Shown here: in pieces, positions 1 through 13,657 of the stretch
How positions within the stretch are numbered: the first letter of the stretch is position 1
Layout: every line of letters begins with the position of its first letter
Source: a virus
Taxonomy: Duplodnaviria > Caudoviricetes
Virus record (IMG/VR): IMGVR_UViG_3300028591_000134
Span: 37,233-101,232 of that record
Reading direction: 5' to 3' (one strand)
Length of the DNA: 64,000 nucleotides
Translations under genes and position numbers: made by a program
Notes under the pieces: generated by a model
Told to the model about the DNA's origin: nothing
Seen by the model: only the letters and a program-made list of their open reading frames with translations
The model's database searches: none

Positions 1-3000
1 GAAATTCCGTCTATATTTTTAAATGAAATCTAGGACTTATTTAAAAAGCAGCTGCTTGTAGATTTAATACGTTGCGAAAAAGTAGAAGCGTTTGAAAAGT
101 TTTATTCTGATATAAGTCTTAAAAGAAAAAAGGAAAACGAAAGACTTAAATCTGAGAAGAAAAACCTAAAGCCTGTTATTACTAAGGAGATAGCTATAGA
201 CATGTTATATCAAAATGAAAAATATTTTGATTAGGTGTACAATAGTCTTTCAGCATCTCAAAGAAGTAATATTGAAACACAACTTTCTCAGCAAATTAAA
301 CCGTACAAAGATATTACTGTAGCTGATGCACAAGTTTTTATAAGACCTGCATTATATAGAAAGATAAGAATAGGTTTGGGCCAGTGGTCGTTTGAGCCGG
401 ATGAAGACGGATATTGTGACGAAGATGCATATAATATATTAGAAGGCATCACTGTTAATGAGGATGGATCTAGGACTCAAAACTTAGATAACGCCAACAA
501 TTGGATGAAGGACCCGAGCTTATAGAAATATGTAAAGCGCCTTGAATTATATCCTCTAAAGATGTCATATTTCCAAAACGATTCGCAACAGATTACGGGA
601 AATATATTTATAAATAGACCTATTTATAATAAAATGGCAATATTCCCGCTGTTTGCATTCTAGAGAGCAACTTCTGTTGGAGAAAAACTCTATAATAGAA
701 TGAATAAAGCTGGTAACGAATTGGATATGGTGTCGTTTAAGTCTGCTGTAAAAGTTGGAGCAATACAAAAAGGCCCGTAGGTGGTGAATACTGACGAATC
801 TACTGAGAGTGTATTAGGGTCATTTAATGATTTATTAAACTCTAATAGTGATTTAAGCTTAGATTATTCTACTGGAAAAGTTAATTCTAAGCGAGGTGAT
901 AATTTATTAGGAGTTACTATACAAGATCTGTCTAATATACGAATGCAATAGAATACTAAAGCACATGAAGCAACAATGCGTGCTATAGGTACTCAGATGT
1001 TCAAAATAGCATTCTCTAATATAATAGACGACGCGTATTACGGCACTAATAAGGCTGGAAGAAAATCAAGGAAAGGCTCTGATATAAAACGAGATATAGT
1101 AGATTGTATTAACGCTCTTACTAGAATAGGCGTAGAAAATCTAAAAGATAGGTTTTATAAGAATGGAGTAATAAACGAGAAAGCTGTAGAAGACTTTGTA
1201 AAACTTGTAGTTAAGAATAATGGCCTCGGTATAAGTGCAGAAGAGATAATATATAACGGCGGAACTGCAGCATCTTTGATATCAAGAACCGTGTTTGAGA
1301 ACAGTGCTACTGCGATTGTTAACGATGAGGTTGTAGATATAAAGACTAAAGGTGGTACAGCAATACAGCAATCACTATTCGGTTTTACTGGATACGGATC
1401 TTAGAATGTCGGGGTGTTTTCTTCAAACAACGGTAGAGAGTTAAAATGGTCTGCTTATGAGGGGTCTATGCAGGTAATGTTGAGTATGAACTTTTTTAAA
1501 GATGTAATACCTGACTTCAATAACAAAACATACGAACAACAAAGACAATGGTTGTTTGATAATAATATTATTGGAGATAACGCAAAACCGTTTGGAGTAG
1601 GCTATCGTATTCCTACACAGGGTATGTCATCAATGTTTGCGTTTTAGGTAGCAGATGTCGTACCACAACAAAATGGAGACCTCATTATAGTACCGAGAGA
1701 ATTTACTGCTCAAACTGGTTCTGACTTCGACGTTGATAAAATATTCTTGGCCACGTTCTCTTATAGACATGGCGTATTCGAGGATATTTCTGATAGCGAG
1801 TTTAAGAAAGGAAAGTATAGCAGCAAGACCGCATGGTAGAAGTCTTTGGATTATATACATTCTGTAGAAGAACGCGATAAGCAAGAACATCCAGATCAGT
1901 ATATTAGTCGATGGGACGATCTTGTAAAAGAATATCACGAACTTATTGATAATCCGTAGGGAGCTATTTCTAACAGATTATTATAGAATTATATAGATAT
2001 TATATCCGATCGTAGAAATTATGCTAACGCTAGAGCATCTATTGACGTTATTACAAATACTATACATAACGACCTGTTAAATCCAGTATTACGTAAAAGA
2101 CGCAAAACTTATATCCCAGGAATGACGGAACTTTTACCATCGTTCCAGGCTTTAAGGAAAATGGAGTTTGGTGTCGGTAAACAAGGTATTGCTCCGTTTG
2201 CATTAAATATTACAAACCTCGCTCTTACTCAGTTTACACATCTTACTATAGATTTCGGCGAGATCGGAGAAGAGTATGGATTTGGAACTTTAGACTAGAT
2301 TTACGGAAAAGACGGATTGCGTATATCCGACTGGTTATCTGCAATGGTAAACGCACATGTTGATGTGGCAAAAGATCCTTATGTATTTGACTTAAACGTT
2401 AATAAGGCTACTTACAATCATGCCAATCTTCTACTTAGGGCTGGTATGGGCGAGTCAACGTTTACATTTTTGGCACAACCAGCATTAAAAGATTTTGCTG
2501 AAAACTTGATAAATTCTGGAGGATTATATGGCGATAATATAGACGGAGACGTCATCGAATCTGAAAATAATAGTAAACGAAGAAAGAACATATACAAGTA
2601 GAAAGTTAGATATTATAATTCTATTTTAAATAATATACTTTAGAATTTTGATCTTTCTAAGTAGTTAGAAGTTAAAGCGAAATCCGCTCACGAATATTTT
2701 GAGTGGATGATAATGACTGCAAAAGAACGTAGAGATAATGGTTACGATAAAGACGCTCCAGCTCGTCCAATTGAACGTAAATACATATTTGACGAAAATT
2801 ATGGAAAACAGTCTATTTTAAACTTTGCGACTGGAGCAGATATAACAGAATAGAATGTCGATAAAGTGATAGATAGTATAATTTTCTAGATATCTGCGTT
2901 ATAGACCTTTATGGAACTTGATGATTTTGCAAAGTCGTTATCTTCTCTTGTTCAGTGTTCTCGAGTAGATAATAGAAAATACGGAAATACTATTGCGCAA

Positions 3001-5607
3001 AACATACAATACCAAAATAAAGTGGATAACTTTAAATATGGAGATTCCAATTTTACAATAAATGAACCTGATTTCGAAAAGACTGTAGCACCTTCTAATC
3101 CTGAAGTAGGAGTAACTAAATCAGATATATCTAGGGCAGCGTTAAAGCGATATTTTGGCGAGTTATATTTAGATGATAAGTTGGATAACGCAACATTCTG
3201 GATAAAAGAGATATTATCTACTCAATTGTTTTCTGCCACACCTTAGTATGAATCTATATTTAAAAATATACTCGGTATTATTGGTGGGTATACTAGTTTT
3301 GGAGGATTTAAATCTGTATTTTCTGAACAATCTATAAACGCTATTTCCCAAGGTTTGGATAATGTCATGAGATTTAACGCTCTTATGGCGTATGGTCCGC
3401 AGATATTTGAGAATGCTCAAAATAGTGATCCGGATACAAATATGATAGATCTTACTTTGGGAGGAGATATTTCCGCAGTATCATAGAAATTTGATCAACT
3501 AGTTAATGGTAGGAACAAAACGGAATCTATTTTCTAGAGATTGTCTAATTTTATTAGAGACGTTAGGGAGAATCCGTATGAAGAATATTCTGAAGATTTG
3601 GTCAACGATGATGGTGAAATAATAAACGACCTTTTATTATATCTATCTCCGTAGACGCCTAATGAGAAATATCCTATAGGAAAAATGAATTTCACAGAAT
3701 CGCAAACAGATAATAACTCTTCTCAAGAAAGGAGACTTATATCAGCGTTTGCTTAGCTATTAAGCCATAATTCTGAACGAGTCCGCAATCTTGCTCAAGA
3801 CTTGGTATTTTATGCTTATTATTCTACATACGACACCAACGTCGCAAATTCATTTTTTCATCTTGTTCCAATAGAATACAGGAAACAGTATGATGATTCG
3901 CTGAAATTTGCATTAAAGTTGATGAATTCAAATGATTCAAGACTTATAAATAAAGTTTTATAGGATGTGTCAGGATTAACAGATATATCCAATACTGAAG
4001 ATATAGAAGCATTAGCCGCATCTAATATATTAGATGTTCTATCTAGAAACTATTGGTTTGATAGTTCTATAGTACCAATTCACATTCTTACAACTAATCC
4101 TACTAAAAACGGATTCCAATCTTCAACTAGAGAAGTTTAGGAATTTACAGGTCATGATATTTATGACGAAGAGAGTGGAAGGAGTTTCCCAACATTTATT
4201 GCTACTACACGAGTTAGCGGCGATAGTAGGTTTATTAAAATTAGAAAAGGAACCTCATCATTCCTTTATAGGAAAATAGGTGTTGTAGATAGAACGTATA
4301 AAGAGGAAGAAAATGCTACAGATAACGCTAAGAAAAATCGCGTAAAGCCTAATAAGTATTCTATTTATATAGCGGTTCCTAAAGCTGGAATACGATCCGG
4401 AAATATAACCCAATTTGAATTATATTGTAATTATAGTACTTAGTCTATCTTTGATACAAATATTCTCGATGTGGATTATGCTGAAGACAATGTGCGTAAA
4501 GAGATAAACGAGTATCTTTAGGACGGTGATTATAAACTGAATTTAATTTGGGATTATGATGAAATTCCGGATATGTATTTATCCTCTAATACCAAATCCT
4601 ACGTAGATACGTCTACCCCAGCAGATCAGCCAGTTAAACGATCTATAACTGGCGCTACAATTTTAGGAAAAAAGAGTGGAGAATATTCTGGACAATATAA
4701 TGCGGATATAACTATAGATATAGTTCAGAGTCCTACAGAAGGTGATGTTGAGAGGCCTAATATTAAAAAGCTTAAGAACGGTGTAGAAAACAATGTTGTA
4801 GAATTGGCGTTGGTTGGTGATATGTCTGATACAATTAAGAAGATAAAAGATATTAAACAAGAAAATGTTAAAATTCATTTTTCTACTGTCAGATTTGATG
4901 GTCAATTTGATGTCGGCGATGAAGAAATAAACGACTATATTAATCAACAATTAGATATCTATAAACAGTTCTATTTTGGAGACGATTTGGACTCTGCATT
5001 AGAAGCAAAACGTTAGGCTCTTGTTGCCGATAAACGCACAAAGCAAAATGTAATTCAGAATAAACTTAACTCTAGAATATATGAATTTGTATTACAACTT
5101 ATTAATTCTGGAGTATCTATAGATAAGTTTAGTGCCGCCGTTTCTAATGACAAGACACATTTGGCAAAGACTGTTATGTATTTAAAATCTCAAATCGGTC
5201 TTAATTTTGGCTCTGACAATATGTCGATATATGTCGATAAAGAGTTTACACAAAAGAAGAAAAAATTCAATAGATTGTTGTCTCAACTTGGCGATATTGT
5301 TGGAGGATCTGAAAGCTCAATAGAACAAGACTAGAATATAGATTCTAGTATAGATGTTCCAGTGCAAGAAATAGATGGAATTTCTGAACAAGCTGCTGCA
5401 TCAAATGTTTCTAGAATTAGTAGATTTGAATCGGCAACTGGATTTGATTTATCAGAAAGTTCTGAAGAATCTAATGATGTTCCTCCTATATTGAAATAGG
5501 TTCAAGATGTTGAGCAAGATAAGGAAAATAGTAAAAACCAGGAATGCGCTGGCGGGTCTAGATTTAGTAGATTTGAAAACGCAACTGGTAGTTTTGAAGT
5601 AGAATAA
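1..5607 (+). CDS. Virion-associated RNA polymerase subunit of crAss-like phages (catalytic beta'-like part), 5'-partial, TAG read through
   Basis: All + ORF fragments (235, 976, 1414, 2317, 2911, 4573) are in frame 1 and end in TAG. Spot-checked stretches show no TAA/TGA until 5605-5607. Contains GYRIPTQG and the catalytic QTGSDFDVDK motif (1711-1740). Confidence 0.9.
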
Positions 5608-5609
5608 TT

Positions 5610-8600
5610 ATGATTTGCCCATATTATAGAAATAAAGAAGTATTTGACGGCTTCAATGAGATGATTGAAGCGTTTGGAGGCAAACCAATGACCGAAGAAG
5701 AATTCAGGGACGGTGAGTTAAGAAATTAGCGCACCGGCCTTGACTTCTAGGCAATGGAAGCTGCCTATGTAATGTATGATAGAAATGGAGGTAATCTATT
5801 AGATAAAACTCCTTAGGGCAAATAGTCCTTTCTATTTCAAACATTATTAGATTATTTTGATGGCAATAGAGCTAAAGCTATTGTTGCTAAATCTAATGTA
5901 TATTCTGACGAATTCTTCAACTGGTTTGGAGATTGGACCGCTGAAGAGAAAGAAAACGTATCTAAGGTGGTAGACGAAAACGGAGAACCACTTGCTGTGT
6001 GGCACGGTTCTCCTAATTCCGGCATACAATAGTTTAGTAGAGATTTAATAGGGACTACTTCAGATCAAGGCGTTTTTGGAAAAGGTTTTTATTTTACTCC
6101 ATCAAAATCATACGCAAGACAATATGGCGATAATTTATATTTAGTATATTTAGATATAAAAAATCCTATATACAAACCGTCAGACTCCGATGTGATTGGC
6201 AGAACATACGAGGAAGTGTCTATGGATGTTAATAAAGCGTATTAGTCTATGTATGATAGATAGATAAAACGTGGTAAGTCTGAACAAGAAGCTAAAAACT
6301 CCGCCGAAAGACACAAGAAGATGGTACAACAATTTAATGAACGAATGAACTTGTTGATACAAGAAAATCATGACGGCGGTATATATTTAGAAAGAACAAC
6401 AAACCAAATAAAGCCATCAGAAGAACAAATTGTTGTAGTAAATCCAAATCAAATAAAGCATATAGAAAATCTTGGTACATGGTCTACTGAAAATGATAGC
6501 ATCTATAAAAGCAAATTAGATGTTGCAAATTTGGAAGATGTAGATTATCTGGATTCTATTACTTATAGCGATCTAGGTCAAAATATATTCTCAAGATTGG
6601 TGAGTAATCTATATGTAAGTTCTGATGAAATTATTTCTTAGTTAAAAGCTGTTGGATGCTTTTCCGCGTCAAATATATTTCTTTCAGAAATGTTATAGAG
6701 GCATTCTATACCTGTAATACTTGACGAGGCGTTAGAAAAAGATACTGCAGCAGAAGCAAGATTTGATAAAAATAAAGGATTTGTATATATTGCTGTAAAT
6801 CCGTACTGGATTGAAGGTGGTATGCTATCTAAAGAAAATTTCGGACGCATATTCCTACATGAAGTCGTTCATGGAGTAACTATAAAGGCCATATACTTCA
6901 AGTCCAATAAATTCGAATAGTCTTTTGCAAACCACAACAATAAGATGTGGAGAATCGCGAAAAATGCGTTTGATAAATACATAGGTGCGCACAATTCTGA
7001 TATAAGTTTCTATGCAATAAACGACGAATACGAATTTGCTTCAGAGTTTATTACGAATAGTTCAGCTAGAGAGATAATATACGGGTTGTTTGAACGTTTG
7101 GATAATGATTCTCAAAATAAATTCGTTACTGCATTTAAGAATTTTATAAATAGTATAGTTCGTTTGTTTGTAAATAAGGATTTATTTAAAACAAACACTT
7201 AGAAGTTGTAGGAATTCCAAAAACAATTTATTGATTATCTATCTGGAGTAGAAACTGTATAGAACGGAAATGTAAATATAGATTAGGTTAAACGTGCTTA
7301 TTGGAAGTTTAACAAGAAGCAACTGGTAGATTAGGCTTTTGGTGAAAATATTACGTCTTTAAGCCACGCTTATAAAATGGCCACAATTACTTTAAGTAAA
7401 CCGGCTAAAGACAAAGTATATCGATTTGAAGATGTCGCACAGAAGTTGGAGGTGAGGGTTAAGGCAATAAGGACGTCATCTTTGCCTAAATCTGACAAAA
7501 CAAAGCTTATAAATTCTACAAATTCGTAGATAGAAATGTTTAGAAATCAGCAGCTTTCCAAGTTTGTAGCCATTACTTCTACGTTGAGACAGATAATTCC
7601 TCAATTGTTGGATGACGTTAGGGAAATATTAAATATAAGTAAAGACGATTCCAGAACTCTTCCTTCCAAAGATTATATGTATCAACTACATAGTAATATA
7701 GGAACTTATAAGAATATTGCTGAAATCCTTGGAGGATTAATAACCCAAAATACTACAAGAGAACAACTATTGACTGAGTATAATCGCGGTCTTCCTGAAG
7801 ATTAGAAATTAACAGACGACGATATAGAAGAACTTAAAAATTCTATAAACGATTTAAAAAATATAACTTCAGATGGAGAATCTGCTTTAAATATACTCGG
7901 AGAACGAGCAGCAGTAGAGGCGCTTAAGAAAAAAGCACAAGACGAACAAACCGCCGAGTAGATGGAAAAATATCTTGAAGAAATATCTGAAAATCCCGCG
8001 TTCGATGACGATATTGGTTGGTTTGCTGCAAATTTCGGTGCTGCAGATTCTCAATCTAATGAGGCTCTTCGAGCTTTAGCTTCTATGGTAAATAGAGCAT
8101 TATAGAAAGCTGATGATGCCACGTTAGATAAAACTTTAAAGTTACTAAAGTTAGAAAGAGATCTTAAGTTTGGTGAATCTGTTGTAGATTTATATGAAAC
8201 TGATGATAATGGTCTGACTACCGGATATTTAATCCGAAAATTAAATTATGGTAAGTTCTATAGAAATTACGATAACGAGTTAATTAGGATAAATAGATTG
8301 TTCAACAAGGAATTTAAGAATACAGAAGGTTACTATCTTGTAGAAGACACTTAGAGAATTGCTCCAGATATAGATATTGTAATTTCAAATCAGTAGGCAA
8401 TAGACTTAGGACTAAATATTGTAGACAAAAACAATAATCCTGTCGAGTGGACAATAAGATAGGCGTGGAACGAACTTAGGAGTAAATGGCTTTATGAAAA
8501 TTGTGAGCGAAAGTATACTAAAGCATACTATGACGCTTGGAATAAAGTTCCTCAAGTCGCAAAAGATGCACTAGACGCAATAAACTCAGAAATATTGTCT

Positions 8601-11600
8601 ATATTATCTCAAGAAGGAGTTCTTGATGATGATGGTCATTATCACTACGATAGATTGTCAGATAAAGATTGGAAAATTCTAGAGGATTTGTGGATACAAA
8701 AGAAAGTACTTCGTTCTGATTATGATTTGTTTGGAAATAAAAAAGAAGAAGGTTCTATTCCATGGAAAATTGCAAAAGCTTTACAATAGTTAAACGAAGA
8801 TTTATATCACGGAAAAGATCGCAAAATTTAGAAAGATGTTTCTGCTTGGAAACTAGCATTAAATAAAGAAATAGAAGAATGCGGCGGCATTGATAAATTT
8901 AATGCTTGGAAATCTGGAGAAAAAAATCACGGCTTCAACGTAAAGCGTTATAAAAAATGGCATCTTAGAAATTCTAGACTTGAATTTAAGAAGGATTCTG
9001 ATGGCGAGGCTATAATTTTTAAAGATATCGAAGACGCTATGTAGGGCTATGATATAGATTACGGGCCAGAATATGAAGAGTTAAAGGAATAGATAAATAA
9101 AATATTAAAACCGTACAGAGCGCAAAACGGTGAGGTAATTGCGCAGGAAATACCAGAATCTGTTAAAAATACTTTATTGGATATTTATTCTCAACAAAGG
9201 TAGATTAGAGCATAGGTATATGAAAATAATCCAGCATTGGGCGAATTAGCTGCAAAAAAATCAGAAATATATAAATCGTTTATTGTAAACGTTGATACAG
9301 AATATTTTAAAGCATTAAAGAAAGAATTATCTAAATCTGCTATCGACGATGAAGGTTAGTTCGATTAGGACTTATATGAGGCAATGTTGGATTCTTACGG
9401 TTTTCATGAATTTGACGACCTTAGTGGTATGGATTTGGGATTTGTACCATATAGATGGTTACAGCGAATGGAAGCCGTAGATAAAGATAAGTATATGGAA
9501 TATGTTCCAGGTGATGCTTGGATAGAAAAAGTAGACGATGAAGAATTTGTAAATTCTAAGTATACTGAATTGTCTAAATAGGAAGGCAATGAAGACACGG
9601 CATTTATACCTAAAGCTTTTGACAATAAAGGAAATAAACTTTATGATAATAGTGAAGCTTTTTCTAAATTTGATAAAACTTCATCTAATTATTCTTCTAC
9701 TTTAAGAGCTATGTATGATGGCGCTCTTAATACTATGCGTGAATCCAACGAAATGCAATCGAACAGACAGTATGTTGATAATTATCTACTTCCGTAGATT
9801 ACGGGATCCATATTTAAAAGAATGAAACGTCATCCGTGGTTTAATAGGCACTTGGCTATTATTCGTTGGATAAGGCATAAACTTGGTGGCAATTTTGTAG
9901 AAACTCGTCCAGACAAAATAACAGTAGTATTTAGGGCAATTAAAGAATTAATTGGTCTTGGTATAAATTCTGACGACTTATCTCAAGCTGGATTATCACA
10001 AGCTGCTGATACTACAGATAGTGAAGGAAATACTAAAGTAAGTAATGCCATTCATGGGCAATATGCTGATGGTAGAACATTTCATATACTTCCTCAATAT
10101 TATACAAGACGTATGGAAGATCCATCTTAGATTTCTTCCGATCTTGTAAATATATTAAGTAATTATTATAAAATGTCCTCATACTACAATCAAAAACTAC
10201 AAATAAAAGACGATTGCGAAACTATTGTAGACTTTTTAAAAAATAGGGGCGTCAAACGTAAAAAATATGTAGTTGCTGGAGATTATGTTGACTCTAGGGT
10301 TTATTCGTTTGCTTAGAAGTTTCTTGAAATGAATTTGTATGATATGCGTCGTACAAATAAGAAGATAAAACTTGGTAAACTCGAATGGAATTATTCTAAA
10401 ACTGCGTCTACTTGGAAAAATTGGGCTACGGCTAGAAACTTGGGTTTAAACCCAAAAGTCGCCCTTACTGGATTTATGACGTCTATGGGTATGCATATTA
10501 TAAATTCTTTAGTTGGTCAAAATTATAGTATGAATGACTCGGGATTCGCTTTTGCAGAATCTATTCGTAGACTCTTTTAGAGTTGTATAGGAGTTAGGTA
10601 CCTATGTAATCCGTCGCTGTCTAACGACGATTTGATTGTAATGGCTGAACAATTTAATGTATCTAGCTAGGCTGAAAGAAAATTTGAGGGATCTAATAGA
10701 AATCCTATTTTATAGGCTGCTTATAGACATAGTGTATTTGGATTTATGTCTATGGCTGATTTTTGGTCAAAAACTCAAATAATGACTGCGGTATTGCATA
10801 ATCACAGGTATATAAACGGACAATTCTTATCTAAAGATGATTTACGCAGCTCTAGATATAAATATGCTTCCGATAAAGATTTTAAAAAAGCTTTAGCTGA
10901 ATGGAAAAAAGGTCCGTCTTTATACCATTTATTACATAGTAAAGATGGCGAGCTTACTATCGCAGATAAATATAAAGACGCGTGGTTACAATGTAAAGAT
11001 GTTGTAAAAGATAGAGTACAAAAAACTGCAGAATATGCAGATGGAATGGCTACTCCTCTTTAGAAAGCCGCAATAACTTAGAGTATAATAGGTAGCCTTA
11101 TATTAATACACCGTCAATATCTACCTCTTATTCTTCAACGTCATTGGGGTAAACGAGTATATGACTATGATTCGCACATGTATAAAAACGGAGTATTCAG
11201 AACTTTATTTTAGTTCGTCACTGAAATGATGAAGAATAATCTTTTATTAGGCATCGGCTGCGGAATGTTCACTGGATTTGTATTTGGAGGAACTATCGGA
11301 TCTGCATTAGGCGCTTCCGCTGGAGTTTTCTTAAGAGCATATGGAGCATCATATGGTTCAAATAAAAGCGCAAAAACTGTAACAAAAGAATTCTTTTCAG
11401 ATTTTTAGAGCAAAGAATTGTCAATGTAGTCTTATGCTAATAGATATGCTATGAAAGAGGTGTTTTTTGTAAATCTTATAATGTATACAATAGTTTAGCC
11501 TTTGGTAGCAATGGCATGTTCTATTGCAGATGATGACAAAGACGATAGATGGTGGATGCAAGCTTTATTATACTCCTTACGAGCATTTGAGTGGGAATTC

Positions 11601-11933
11601 TATACTGCCTATAGAACAGATGATGTATTAAATAACATTAAATCTCCGTCTGCAGCACAATCTATTATTGACGGATTAGAAGAACTCGCATTTACTGCTT
11701 CTCCACAAACAAATTTCCTATAGGATCCGTCATAGTCTTGGGATGCTGTTGTAGATGTTGTTAATAAAAATAATAGAACTATTAAAAAGGGTGCATATAA
11801 AGATTGGACTTCATTAGAAAGAGCCTTGTTTAAACTTACACCGTATCATAATGTTTGGGAACAATATAAAGATTCTAAATCTAAACGAAAATATCTTGAA
11901 AACCAAATTATGAGAATTAAAAAACCAGAATAA
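5610..11933 (+). CDS. Giant (~2107 aa) virion/cargo polyvalent protein with ART-like and zincin (HEVVH) domains, TAG read through
   Basis: ATG 5610 (MICPYYRNKEVF); + fragments 6321-11723 are all in the same frame and end in TAG; TAA at 11931-11933. Motifs SKVVDENGEPLAVWHGS...GFYFT...EQIVVVNPNQIK and FLHEVVHG (HEVVH at 6858-6872). Confidence 0.85.
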
Positions 11934-11942
11934 TAAAAAAAT

Positions 11943-11978
11943 AAATCCGGACTACTCTTACGAGCGGCCCGGATTTTT
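11943..11978. terminator. Probable bidirectional intrinsic terminator between convergent blocks
   Basis: AAATCCGG...CCGGATTTTT hairpin with an A-run upstream and a T-run downstream. Confidence 0.8.
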
Positions 11979-11979
11979 C

Positions 11980-12315
11980 TTATTGTCCAACTATATTATT
12001 CAGCAGCTTTTTTTCTCCCGCGTTTGGTGTAAATGTGTGCATTTTACACATTATAAGATCTTTGTCTTTTGTTTTTGCTAAAAATTTTCCACACAACATT
12101 CCGTTTTCAAATTTTGTTAACACGTGTTGAGTTTCTTTGCAAAATTTCCATCTTAAATATTTATATTCATTTTTAGATACAGGCTTGTAGTAGAGCTTTA
12201 ACTCTACTACTTGTCCTGTATTTTTTATTTGAATATCTTTTAGAGACTTTTTTAACAAAAGACTAGAATCTTCAATTATGTAATTTGCTATTATTATTTC
12301 TTTTTCTTTCTTCAC
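11980..12315 (-). CDS. Hypothetical protein
   Basis: 111-aa ORF, last gene of the leftward operon. Confidence 0.6.
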   Translation of the reverse strand: MKKEKEIIIANYIIEDSSLLLKKSLKDIQIKNTGQVVELKLYYKPVSKNEYKYLRWKFCKETQHVLTKFENGMLCGKFLAKTKDKDLIMCKMHTFTPNAGEKKLLNNIVGQ

Positions 12316-12532
12316 GAAGCTTTTTAAAAATTTCAGATTGTTCCTTTATAGAGTTTTCATCGTCACTAAATTCTATTTCATCCTCATTTAAAAACTCTGT
12401 GTCATCTTCGTTTAAAAATTCTACATCATCTTCATTTGAGAATTCAATATCATCAGTTTCATATTCAAACTCAAAATCTGTTACTTCGCTATCTATAGAA
12501 TTTTGGTCTTTAATTTCTAAATTGTCTTTCAT
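12272..12532 (-). CDS. Small very acidic protein with 8-aa tandem repeats
   Basis: DDIEFSNE/DDVEFLNE/DDTEFLNE/DEIEFSDD; ATGA overlap with the upstream gene. Confidence 0.65.
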   Translation of the reverse strand: MKDNLEIKDQNSIDSEVTDFEFEYETDDIEFSNEDDVEFLNEDDTEFLNEDEIEFSDDENSIKEQSEIFKKLREERKRNNNSKLHN

Positions 12533-13575
12533 AAATTTAAAGTTTCTGAACCATCACCCTCATAATATTCTCTACTATGATCCCACTTATCGTTAGATTG
12601 ATGCCAAGCAATTTCTAATAAAGTGTTATCTATAACACAATATCTAGATTCTACCATATAAGAATCAATCTTAAATACACGAATTTCATAACTACCCGTA
12701 GTATCTATACCAACGATATAATATTCAAAAGACCAATTTTTATGATCTTCTCCACACTCATTGTCTAAATACCACCTGACAGCCATAGTATAATACATAA
12801 GTTGTCTAAGATAGTCATACTGGTCTATACTATCCTCAAAGTACCACAACTTTTGTGTAGTCTTCAAGACATAGATAATAGCTTTCTTATTCTTAAAATC
12901 AAGACTAAGACCATCCAATAAGGATTTACAAGCTATTGGCATCTCACCATAATATTCCCAGTTTATATGGAATTCATGGTGAAATTCTAATTCTATTATT
13001 CTAGAATCGCCATCCGGTATTGTTTTTATACAACTGTTACCAGATTCTTTCATCCATTCGTGCGGCCAAATAATATTTTGCGCAAGTTTGTGAGACTGGA
13101 TGTTATGCTTAATTTTCTCAAGCATTTTGGCATCCCAAGGAGTTATCATAATCCTTCCATCATTTGCTTTCAGGAAGTCTATATAATCCTTCAACGTAGA
13201 GGCTATTTTAAGCCCTTCTGAGAGCATTAAATCGTCTGACTTACCTTTTGTACTGTAAGACTCTTTATATGCGCTTAGAATGGCTTTATCGGGCTCAATT
13301 TCGACTGAAGATGCTAACTCCTGACAGAACTTCTCCTGCTGTGCAGACGAAGGTCTACTTTTGTCCCAGACTACATAGTCTTTTTGGAACTCTTCAGGCT
13401 GCAGAATATATTCGTGAATCATTGTTCCACGCTCCAACACAGAATTCTTTTCTTCTGGAGGAGGATCTGTAAGCATCTTATGTAAATAGGCTGGTCCCTT
13501 CTGTAGAAACCAGCCTATGTTCGAATTACTGATGCGAGTTCTATCAGTGTAGTAATTTTCTGTGGAATTATTCAT
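12529..13575 (-). CDS. PD-(D/E)XK nuclease family protein (RecE/exonuclease VIII-like)
   Basis: YY..R..ISNS N-terminus, GTMIHEYIL, CKSLLD, YVLKTT, Y.RQL..Y. Start taken at ATG 13575. Confidence 0.75.
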   Translation of the reverse strand: MNNSTENYYTDRTRISNSNIGWFLQKGPAYLHKMLTDPPPEEKNSVLERGTMIHEYILQPEEFQKDYVVWDKSRPSSAQQEKFCQELASSVEIEPDKAILSAYKESYSTKGKSDDLMLSEGLKIASTLKDYIDFLKANDGRIMITPWDAKMLEKIKHNIQSHKLAQNIIWPHEWMKESGNSCIKTIPDGDSRIIELEFHHEFHINWEYYGEMPIACKSLLDGLSLDFKNKKAIIYVLKTTQKLWYFEDSIDQYDYLRQLMYYTMAVRWYLDNECGEDHKNWSFEYYIVGIDTTGSYEIRVFKIDSYMVESRYCVIDNTLLEIAWHQSNDKWDHSREYYEGDGSETLNL

Positions 13576-13657
13576 AATATCTCCATTTAAATCCAGCACA
13601 ATGAGTTCGTTCGCCTTTACAGCATTTTATCATATTTCCTATTCCTAATGTATTCAT
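13568..13657 (-). pseudogene. 29-aa remnant of a homing endonuclease (NUMOD1-like tail)
   Basis: MNTLGIGNMIKCCKGERTHCAGFKWRYYE*; its ATG overlaps the TAA of the upstream ATPase. Confidence 0.6.

Noticed and set aside
1-11933. Many short + strand ORFs read as separate genes or pseudogenes
   Set aside because: They share a frame and all end in TAG; with read-through they form two long genes.
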